From contig CAXSGP010000112.1 of NCBI GenBank assembly GCA_964236955.1, positions 1 to 14,027 on the forward strand: a stretch of DNA of 14,027 nt, in the 5' to 3' direction. Both the position numbers and the translations under genes were made by a program. The DNA comes from an uncultured Oligoflexus sp. (lineage in GTDB: Bacteria > Bdellovibrionota_B > Oligoflexia > Oligoflexales > Oligoflexaceae). The notes under the pieces are model-generated. The model did no database searches and had not been told where the DNA came from. It saw only the letters and a program-made list of their open reading frames with translations. Every line of letters begins with the position of its first letter. Position 1 is the stretch's first letter. This document shows positions 7,300-14,027 of the stretch, in pieces.

Positions 7300-8286
7300 A
7301 TGGGCGCTAAAAAATTCTCGCCGGTTGAGAAAGCGGCTATCATCGTCGCCAGTCTGGGTGAAGACCTGGCGCCCCAGGTCTTTCGGCAAATGAAAAGCGA
7401 TGAGCTTGGCAAAATCGCGCGCTCTTTGAATAATCTTGGCCGTCTTGAGCTGGCCGAAATCGAAGAGGTCTTGAGTGAATTCCTGGAAATCCTCAAGTCC
7501 CCAAAGGTCAAATTCCTAGACGCCAAAGCCTTCGTCGACCGCATGGCGACCAAATCCGGGAACTATGGGCAGCCGCTGGCGGACAGCTTTGGAGCGGGCG
7601 ACTATACGATGCGGGTGTTCGGTCAGACCCGGCCTGAGCTACTCTATCGTGTCATCGACCAGGATCAACCCCAGACCATTGCGTTGATCCTCTCGCACGC
7701 GCCACCGGTGTTTGCCGCAAAGCTTTTGAAGATCTGTCCCGAACGTCTGCGCCTCGATGTTTTGATTCGCATGGCTCGGCTTCAGAATGTGGACCCGGTG
7801 CTTATTCAGGAAATTGATGAGCATCTGATAAAGGAACTCGAAAAATCAGGTCACAACGCATCGCAGAAAATAGGCGGCATTAAAAAGGTAGCGGATATTC
7901 TCAATGCCTTAAATCAAGAGGCCCCCGAACTCCTGGCCAGGCTTTCGGTACGGGACCCCAAATTGTCCACCGCTATCCAACAGGAAATGTTTATCTTTGC
8001 CGACCTCCTCAAGATCGAAGGTAAAGGCATGCAGGAGATCATCAAAGCTATGAAAAGGGAAACTTTGATCCTGGCTTTGCGGGGAGCAAGTCCGGCGATG
8101 CTCAATAAGTTCGTGGCTGGCATGTCGGGTCGGTCGGCGGAGATGTTTCGCGAGGATTTGGAAGCACTGGGCGCCCAGAAGAAAAGCGATGTCATGAAGG
8201 CCCGCACTTTAGTCCTGGAGCTGACGAGCCAGCTGATCGAGAGCGGTAAGATTCAGATGGCTGCTGAAAGCGATACTTACCTATGA
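7300..8286 (+). CDS. fliG: Flagellar motor switch protein FliG (orphan copy)
   Basis: EKAAIIVASLGEDLA N-terminus, DQPQTIALILSH (EHPQ-equivalent), IGGIKKVADILN Gly-Gly linker, MFIF motif, torque helix MSGRSAEMFREDLE. ATG 7300 has SD GGGGA and lies downstream of the predicted promoter, so it is preferred over 7255. Confidence 0.93.
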   Translation: MGAKKFSPVEKAAIIVASLGEDLAPQVFRQMKSDELGKIARSLNNLGRLELAEIEEVLSEFLEILKSPKVKFLDAKAFVDRMATKSGNYGQPLADSFGAGDYTMRVFGQTRPELLYRVIDQDQPQTIALILSHAPPVFAAKLLKICPERLRLDVLIRMARLQNVDPVLIQEIDEHLIKELEKSGHNASQKIGGIKKVADILNALNQEAPELLARLSVRDPKLSTAIQQEMFIFADLLKIEGKGMQEIIKAMKRETLILALRGASPAMLNKFVAGMSGRSAEMFREDLEALGAQKKSDVMKARTLVLELTSQLIESGKIQMAAESDTYL

Positions 8287-8300
8287 AAGCCGGGTAAATT

Positions 8301-9512
8301 TCACGTCGAAGGTATATCGAAACTCACACAACGGATATGCTGCCCGCCCTGAGTAAAACTCATAATACCATTCATGTGCTGAGCCCCTACGCCTTTTTCA
8401 AAGGCATGAAAAGACTTTGAATCAGCCAGCAAAACAAAGCCAAAGCGATGCTGATCCCTTGCGAAGGCGCTGTGCAACCATTTACCAAGTTTGAAATAGA
8501 GTTCGGGGGTGTCCTCATCGAGGCGCAGACCGTAAGGCGGATTCATGGGAATGTAGATCTTTTTGGGTTCGGGCGGACAGGTGTCGAGTTCGAAATCGGA
8601 GACCCTACATTCCCACGGAGCGCTGTGAGCGGGCCACTTCGTCAAGGCATAGTCGAGATTGGCCTTTAGAATGGCATTGCCTTTATTATCCCATTCGATC
8701 GCCCGCGCCGGGAGAGCGTCGAGTGGTTTTGCGGCAAGTTTGGATTTGATGAAGTTCCAGCTGCTCAAGGGGAATTCAGGCATCGACTCGAGACTCGTAA
8801 AGGGTCGCCATAGATCGAGTGCGGGACGATGCGCGTAGAGCCATGATTCCATCAGCATCGTGCCACTGCCGGCAAAGGGCACATAGATAAAGTCGACCTC
8901 TTCTCGGCCCCAGCTCCAGCGAATCGCTGCTGCCGCCAGGTGCTCCTGCAAAGGGGCTGGATGGGAATAATCGACCTTATAGTTACGCTTGTAAAGCATG
9001 TCCAGGCTTATGGCGAGATAGGCCGTGCAACGGTTTTCTTTTTGTTCGAAGCGAATGATGAAGCTATGATTTTTGTCGCCATGACCTTTTTTGGCGAGAA
9101 TTTCACGCGCGATTTTTTCGAGCTTGCCTTCATGATAGAGGCCGCTGCGATAGGAATTACACCGCACCTTGACCGAAGCATTTTCAGGTAAATACAAGGG
9201 CCAATCGATGCCTTCGACGAACTTTTCATAGTCTCCGAAACTACCCACGTGTCTGGTACCGAGCTGCCAGAGTATTTCCGAAGCGGTCAAAATCCGCAGA
9301 GGCAGTTCCAGCATCTGGCGAAAATCGAGCTTATGGATCTCAATGCCTTCGTCGTCGGCTCTGATTTCGGGCACAAACTTATAGGCTTGGAGAGGAGCCT
9401 CTAAAATCTCTTTCAGCTCGTCTTGAAGTACGGTTCGAAAGCCGGGTCCGGAATCCATACGAACCACCTGGGCCTGGCCATGAACCTGCTTTTTGACTTG
9501 CCTCTGTCCCAT
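8301..9512 (-). CDS. THUMP-domain class I SAM-dependent RNA methyltransferase (RlmL/UPF0020-like, probable m2G)
   Basis: GFRTVLQDEL and LRILTASEILWQL N-terminal motifs, LYKRNYK...APLQEHLAAA, motif I VPFAGSGTMLME, motif IV MNPPYGLRL. Confidence 0.85.
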   Translation of the reverse strand: MGQRQVKKQVHGQAQVVRMDSGPGFRTVLQDELKEILEAPLQAYKFVPEIRADDEGIEIHKLDFRQMLELPLRILTASEILWQLGTRHVGSFGDYEKFVEGIDWPLYLPENASVKVRCNSYRSGLYHEGKLEKIAREILAKKGHGDKNHSFIIRFEQKENRCTAYLAISLDMLYKRNYKVDYSHPAPLQEHLAAAAIRWSWGREEVDFIYVPFAGSGTMLMESWLYAHRPALDLWRPFTSLESMPEFPLSSWNFIKSKLAAKPLDALPARAIEWDNKGNAILKANLDYALTKWPAHSAPWECRVSDFELDTCPPEPKKIYIPMNPPYGLRLDEDTPELYFKLGKWLHSAFARDQHRFGFVLLADSKSFHAFEKGVGAQHMNGIMSFTQGGQHIRCVSFDIPST

Positions 9513-11917
9513 TATCGAATAACCCTTCGCAAATAATCTTCCAACAAAGTATCCGTCTCTTCCGAGGACTCTTGTCTCTTCACATCTCGGATATCATTTA
9601 GAACATCTTCGCGATAGCGGCGATTGACCTCATAATTGCGGGTGAGGTCGACGTCGCCGCCGGTGATTTGATTACCGTAGTATTGGTCGCTGCTTACCCT
9701 TCGGCGACGGCCTCGCTGCTGGCTTTCCTGTTGAGACTGACGGGCAGCGTTATCGGCCTGTTGCAGCAATCGACCTGCGGCATCGGAGCTGGATTCTGCT
9801 TCGCCGAATTGACCTTCCGTGCCGCTGCTCACGGTCGTCGCCATCGCCTGTGCTGCCGCTTTGATGCGTTCGGCGGCCTCGGCGGAGAGGGAGCGGAGTT
9901 GGCCCTCGAGTTCCTGGGCGCCTTTGATGTTGGAGTTTTGGTCGAGGCGGACGGTGTTCCAGTTTTGTAGCATTTCGCTTTGAGGTTTTTGGGCGGCCTT
10001 GTCGAGTTTGGTTGAGATCGAGCCTTGACGCTTTTGCAGTTCGCGCATCACGTTGCGAGCATCAGCCAAACCTTGCTGGCGAGATTCTTCCTGCTGCTTG
10101 CGGGAGGCGTCCTCTTTGGCCTCAAGTTCTTCAATCCATTGCCGGAATCGTTCCACATTGCGGGAAAGAGTTTGAATCGCAGTGCGGGTATCACCCTTGT
10201 CATCAGCAGGTTTGATGCCGCCGAGCTCTTTTTCGATGGGCTTGTCTTTCATCGCGGTCCAGGATTGGGGCTTAAATTCCGCTGGCAGACGGTCCACCCG
10301 TTTTTGCCAGCGGGCCGCCCGTTCCCTGGCAAAAGTCTGGAGTTTTTTGGCGACATCCTCGACTTCGAGCTTGCGTTCTTTCCGATCCTGTTCGATGACG
10401 CGAGAAAGGGTTCGGGCACCGATGAAGAAGTCGCGGTCGCGTTCGCGGTCGTCGAGATTTTCATGTTCGAAGAGAAAGCGGTTAAGATCTTCGCTGACTT
10501 TTAAGGTCATCGCCATATCAGCTTTGTTTTCGAGTTGTTCGAAGGCCTGCTGCATTTGATTGAGTTGCTGACGATCCAGACCATCGTAGAAGGGGGAATC
10601 GTCGGCCTGCGCCTGCACCTTTTCGGCAAGCTCTTTAAGCTCGGCGGCGGACGCGGGTTTTTGCGACTGCAGGGAACTGTCGAGGGTGCTTTTGATTTGC
10701 CGCAGGGTTTCGAGCGACATCTTGTAGCGACCATAGGCGCTTGCCACCTGGATGACTATCGATTTCGAACGACCGACGAGGGGCACGGGAACGGAGCGGT
10801 CCATCGCTTCAGCGGTGATTTCGATTTCCTGGACGTCTTGCTCCATATAGGTATCGAGCGAGAGCTTATAATGGGTTTTCAGGTTTCTCTTGTCTTGGGC
10901 CATGACTTCGGTGACGAGTTCGCGACTTTCCCGTTGCCCCGATTTAATGTGGAGCTGGATAGCCTGCAGGGGATTATCAGCCGAAACATCGATGATAAGC
11001 GGCAAGGGTTTGTCGTCGGCCCAGGGTTTGCCTTCCTGGGCCAGAGAACTCAGCGTGACTTTAGGTACGGGGAGCTTTTTGACTTTAATCGAAGCGACGG
11101 CGTTGGTGCCCGAGATCGTGCTGAGATAGAGCGAGGCGTCTTCGGCTTGGGAAAAGCGCAGGCTGAAGGTGCCGGACGCTTCCTCTGCGCGGGCGTCTCC
11201 GGCGCGCATGAGCTTGAAGGTTTGGATAATTTTGCCGTCTTTGCCTTTTAATTGCAGCAGAGGCGTCGCATCCGGAGCGGCGTTGACGGTGAGTTCTATC
11301 ATGTTTTGTTCGAGTACCGTGATTTCGAAGGTGCGACCGGCGCTGAGACTGACGACGCCCCGCTCGTCGTTGGGGCTGCCGTCGAGAACCTGAATGCGGG
11401 CGCCATAGGTGAAGCTCAGCGCCGCACGTTCCATCGAGGAGAGCGCACGATCCCAGGCCTGGCCGGCGTTCTCGTAGAAGAGAAAGAGGGCGATGACGGG
11501 GATAAGGAGCGAGGCCAGCTTGGCGCGAATGATGCGTTGGCCTTCGAACCTTTGCTCATCGATATCGTCCTCGATGTTACGGATCCAGACGAGGTCGAGA
11601 TCTTTTCGGTCTTTGATTGCAAAGGCGCTGGGATTGCTTTTGGGATTGCGCATTTCCAGGGAAATAAGCCAATCGGCAGCCGAATTCTCGCTCAGGCCCT
11701 TCGACCAGCTGGTGATGAGGAAGGCGATGAGGCTTATGAAGAAGAGGATGACCTGCTGAATCCAGGCGTCGGGTTTGAGCCAGGCCCAGATGAGGAACAT
11801 GCTCGTCGCGAGCAGGCAGCTGCGTAGAATTCCGACGAGGCGGATGGCGGCATTCATCTTGCGACGCCATTGATTCATCGCCACCAGATATTTTGTAAAA
11901 GGGGATACAACGTCCAT
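9512..11917 (-). CDS. Large membrane-anchored protein with beta-rich middle and Q/E/K-rich coiled-coil C-terminal half (DUF4175-like)
   Basis: 801-aa ORF; two N-terminal hydrophobic helices plus a third (LASLLIPVIALFLFY); heptad-like Q-rich helices; C-terminal YREDVL...LLEDYLRRVIR resembles DUF4175-type tails. Stop overlaps the next start (TAATG). The gene is secure; the family call is tentative. Confidence 0.7.
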   Translation of the reverse strand: MDVVSPFTKYLVAMNQWRRKMNAAIRLVGILRSCLLATSMFLIWAWLKPDAWIQQVILFFISLIAFLITSWSKGLSENSAADWLISLEMRNPKSNPSAFAIKDRKDLDLVWIRNIEDDIDEQRFEGQRIIRAKLASLLIPVIALFLFYENAGQAWDRALSSMERAALSFTYGARIQVLDGSPNDERGVVSLSAGRTFEITVLEQNMIELTVNAAPDATPLLQLKGKDGKIIQTFKLMRAGDARAEEASGTFSLRFSQAEDASLYLSTISGTNAVASIKVKKLPVPKVTLSSLAQEGKPWADDKPLPLIIDVSADNPLQAIQLHIKSGQRESRELVTEVMAQDKRNLKTHYKLSLDTYMEQDVQEIEITAEAMDRSVPVPLVGRSKSIVIQVASAYGRYKMSLETLRQIKSTLDSSLQSQKPASAAELKELAEKVQAQADDSPFYDGLDRQQLNQMQQAFEQLENKADMAMTLKVSEDLNRFLFEHENLDDRERDRDFFIGARTLSRVIEQDRKERKLEVEDVAKKLQTFARERAARWQKRVDRLPAEFKPQSWTAMKDKPIEKELGGIKPADDKGDTRTAIQTLSRNVERFRQWIEELEAKEDASRKQQEESRQQGLADARNVMRELQKRQGSISTKLDKAAQKPQSEMLQNWNTVRLDQNSNIKGAQELEGQLRSLSAEAAERIKAAAQAMATTVSSGTEGQFGEAESSSDAAGRLLQQADNAARQSQQESQQRGRRRRVSSDQYYGNQITGGDVDLTRNYEVNRRYREDVLNDIRDVKRQESSEETDTLLEDYLRRVIR

Positions 11918-11939
11918 GGTCTTCTCGTGCTGGGGTGGA

Positions 11940-12920
11940 TCAGATCAATTGAGTTGTCGGGCAAATTTCAAGCATCCAGGGAATTATGATAGAGAGCGCT
12001 TTTTTCGTTTCGGCAAGTTCGCCGCAGAGGGCGTTCGCACCGATGCCTTCGATTTCCCTATAACTGAGCATATCGTTGAAGGGGTGCTGGGCTACCAGTT
12101 TTCGCAGATGTTCGCAGTTGTAGAGGCTGTCGCTCACGGGGCTGCCGATAAGGTTCGGGGAAGAAACATCGAGAAAGGTTGAGGCTGCGTTGCGCACTGC
12201 TTCGCGAAGATCGTAGGCGAAGCGGGCGTTGAGTTCAAGGGATGAGGCTTTCAGGCTTGCTTCATCGCTCATCGGCAGAAAGTAGGGCAGCAGAGTTGCC
12301 GGGAGTGTGGCCCATGGGAGGACTTGGGCCATGGTCTTGAGGAAGAGGCGACTGAAGAAGGGTAAGGCCGTCTGCTCTTCAAAGGTTGGCGCTAAGAGGA
12401 TACTGCGGGTGCAGTACTGCGGGTAGAGCCGTTGAAAGTGAAGGACGACGAGTGCGCCCATGCCTTGGGCGATGAGAAAGGGCTTCCGGCGTCCTGATTT
12501 GTAACGGATCCAGGCCACGACCTGAAGAAGGTCCTGTATGAGGTCGTTGAAGCCCAGGGATTTGTTATCGATGGAACTGGAGCGCCCGTGGCCCCGCATG
12601 TCGTAGCAGTAAGCCTGAAAGCCATGGTTGGCTAAAATTCGGGCAGCCGGGGCGTAAAAGTCGGAGGTTTCGCCCAAATCATGGACCAGAATGACTGGAG
12701 GAAACTCGCTGTGAATCCCCGCCCAGCCCTGCACATGCACGGCGGAGCCAGCATGATCGACGGGGCACGAGAAGCTAAGGTGCTGCTCGTTTACATGGGT
12801 GTCTTCTTCGTCAAAGTGAGATATAGGGCTCGGTACAAAGCTTTCCGACGCAGAAGGCCCTTCTTCGGCAAGCGATAGAGGCGATTGATCCGAATAGGTT
12901 TTCGTATCTGCTTCGTTCAA
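11940..12920 (-). CDS. Alpha/beta-hydrolase fold protein (lysophospholipase/MAG-lipase-like, Hydrolase_4) with degenerate active site
   Basis: VILVHDLGE, YDMRGHGRS, PFLIAQGMGALV, ILLAP. TTG start with SD GGGAG. Confidence 0.85.
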   Translation of the reverse strand: MNEADTKTYSDQSPLSLAEEGPSASESFVPSPISHFDEEDTHVNEQHLSFSCPVDHAGSAVHVQGWAGIHSEFPPVILVHDLGETSDFYAPAARILANHGFQAYCYDMRGHGRSSSIDNKSLGFNDLIQDLLQVVAWIRYKSGRRKPFLIAQGMGALVVLHFQRLYPQYCTRSILLAPTFEEQTALPFFSRLFLKTMAQVLPWATLPATLLPYFLPMSDEASLKASSLELNARFAYDLREAVRNAASTFLDVSSPNLIGSPVSDSLYNCEHLRKLVAQHPFNDMLSYREIEGIGANALCGELAETKKALSIIIPWMLEICPTTQLI

Positions 12921-12971
12921 GCCTTGCTCCCTAGCTCGTCAAAAGGACTCTTGATTAATTAAACTAGCCGT

Positions 12972-12980
12972 ATCATAACA
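12972..12980 (-). promoter_or_regulatory. Extended -10 promoter for the minus-strand three-gene unit
   Basis: Minus strand reads TG-T-TATGAT (12980 to 12972), about 50 bp above the TTG start; no clear -35. Confidence 0.4.
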
Positions 12981-13030
12981 TAAGACCACAATTGGAGCCG
13001 GTGAAAATTGGCTGAAAGAGTGGTTACTAT

Positions 13031-13392
13031 GGGGGTGTACTGGTTTCGACGGGTTTGGAAGTCGATTTTAAGGAGCACGTCCGGGATGGAAACGTGACCC
13101 GGTCATAAACGCGTTTCAAACGTATAATCGGCAACGATTCTTACGCTCTCGCTGCTTAAGTATTAGCAGTCGTTGATCAGGTTAGCTGCTAGGGCTACTT
13201 GTGAGACGTACAATCATCTAGCTTACCAAAGGATTTCTCCACCTGGGGAATTCGAGGGACACTCAATCAGGTTGCGACCTTTAATCAATGGCCATGCGGG
13301 TTAGAGGTAAGAGGAACATAATGGTACTAAACGTGTAGCAGCCTTTGTTTGCCCAGGTTCGGACGCGGGTTCGATTCCCGCCACCTCCACCA
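13031..13392 (+). ncRNA. ssrA: tmRNA (transfer-messenger RNA)
   Basis: 5' GGGGGTGTACTGGTTTCGACGGG; 3' GGACGCGGGTTCGATTCCCGCCACCTCCACCA; acceptor stem GGGGGTG/CACCTCC with the G3.U alanine identity pair; pk1 stems CCGGG/CCCGG and GAAACGTG/CGCGTTTC; internal tag ORF. Confidence 0.98.
13130..13159 (+). other. tmRNA proteolysis tag reading frame (A)GNDSYALAA*
   Basis: ATAATC followed by GGC AAC GAT TCT TAC GCT CTC GCT GCT TAA just after pk1; ends in the canonical YALAA. Confidence 0.9.
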
Positions 13393-13426
13393 AATCCCAG
13401 TTCTACGAAAATCCAAAACGTTCAAG

Positions 13427-13451
13427 AAGCCCGCTTTTCAGCGGGTTTTTT
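13427..13451 (+). terminator. Intrinsic terminator downstream of ssrA
   Basis: AAGCCCGCT-TTTC-AGCGGGTTT stem-loop with a T6 tract. Confidence 0.8.
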
Positions 13452-13461
13452 GATTCTATTA

Positions 13462-13486
13462 GTTCCGGGAGGTTCCGGGAAGTTCG
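13462..13486 (+). repeat. 10-bp-phased direct repeats
   Basis: GTTCCGGGA at 13462-13470 and 13472-13480, then GTTCG at 13482. Confidence 0.7.
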
Positions 13487-13503
13487 TTGACATCCGCGCA
13501 ATC

Positions 13504-13554
13504 TGGGGGCAGGAAATGGGGCAACTAACACTTCTCAGAAAAGAGCTGCCCCCA
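13504..13554. repeat. Putative integrase arm-type binding sites
   Basis: TGGGGGCA (13504-13511), TGGGGCA (13517-13523) and exact inverted copy TGCCCCCA (13547-13554) overlapping the integrase ATG. Confidence 0.6.
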
Positions 13555-14027
13555 TGCCTATAACTGACGTTGCGATTAAAAACCTTAAGACTGGCGATAA
13601 GCCATCGAGTCATTTCGATGCTCACGGTCTTTATATTGAAGTACAGCCCAAAGGTGGCAAGTGATGGAGATTAAAATATCGCTTTGGAGGTAAGGAGAAG
13701 CGGATAAGCTTGGGAACCTACCCTGAAATTGGTCTTAAAGAAGCTCGGTTACGACGGGATGAAGCGAGAAAGTTGCTCTCCTTGCAATTAGATCCGAGCG
13801 TCGAACGTAGGTCTAAAACGTCAGAGCTTGCCAGCAAACAAGGAAACAATTTTGAAGTTGTAGCTCGAGAGTGGTTCGATACCAAAAAAAGCGGCTGGGA
13901 TGTGAATCACTCTGACCGAATTATGAAACGCTTAGAACAGCACGTCTTTCCCTGGCTGGGAATACGCCCGATAGTAGGCACTCCAATCGCATCTGTGGAG
14001 AATGGTGCGTTTCTTGCGGTGGTGCAG
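13554..14027 (+). pseudogene. P4-family tyrosine integrase, in-frame stop at codon 37; 3' end runs off the window
   Basis: Manual translation, absent from the ORF track: MPITDVAIKNLKTGDKPSSHFDAHGLYIEVQPKGGK*WRLKYRFGGKEKRISLGTYPEIGLKEARLRRDEARKLL...DP...FEVVAREWF...RLEQHVFPWLGIRPI. This is the arm-DNA-binding domain plus the start of the core-binding domain. TGA at 13662-13664. Confidence 0.9.

Larger units (their letters stand above)
13361..14027 (+). mobile_element. Left end of a genomic island or prophage remnant integrated at the 3' end of ssrA (continues past the window)
   Basis: P4-family integrase starts 161 bp after the tmRNA CCA, with att-like repeats in between. ssrA is an established integration site for this integrase family. 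The second att copy is not in the window, so the boundary is approximate. Confidence 0.75.

Noticed and set aside
9668..11827. Several long plus-strand ORFs (up to 238 aa) opposite the 801-aa gene
   Set aside because: Codon-bias shadows of a GC3-rich gene; no family motifs.
13025..13030. TACTAT as the ssrA -10 box
   Set aside because: It abuts the mature 5' end, so transcription would begin inside the tmRNA.
13487..13492. Perfect TTGACA upstream of the integrase
   Set aside because: No -10-like hexamer 16-18 bp downstream.
13345..13625. Listed ORFs 13345-13563 (+) and 13422-13625 (-)
   Set aside because: They overlap the tmRNA 3' end, terminator, att repeats or integrase start; spurious.
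13662..13664. TGA recoding (Trp or Sec) in the integrase
   Set aside because: TGA is a normal stop for proS and fliG, the integrase uses TGG for its other Trp codons, and the position is not a catalytic Cys site; a nonsense mutation is simpler.
1..14027. CRISPR arrays, tRNA/rRNA genes, IS transposases
   Set aside because: No regularly spaced repeats or transposase motifs seen; the only T-arm/CCA motif belongs to tmRNA.

Overview
Mostly core bacterial chromosome (standard code; TGA ends proS and fliG) running into the edge of a genomic island. Left to right: a stand-alone receiver-domain response regulator, ettA and an archaeal/eukaryote-type proS (+); a secreted SGNH/GDSL hydrolase (-); a LysR HTH-only mini-regulator (+); acylphosphatase (-); an orphan fliG behind a sigma-28-like promoter (+); a three-gene minus-strand unit (alpha/beta hydrolase lacking its catalytic Ser, an 801-aa DUF4175-like membrane/coiled-coil protein, a THUMP RNA methyltransferase); tmRNA (ssrA, tag GNDSYALAA); and a P4-family integrase with an in-frame TGA, preceded by att-like repeats. 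The island cargo lies beyond the window. No new system can be shown from sequence alone. The best leads are the sigma-28-driven orphan fliG, the pseudo-hydrolase/DUF4175-like/methyltransferase unit, the HTH-only LysR and the ssrA island. All family calls come from motif recognition by eye, not database searches.
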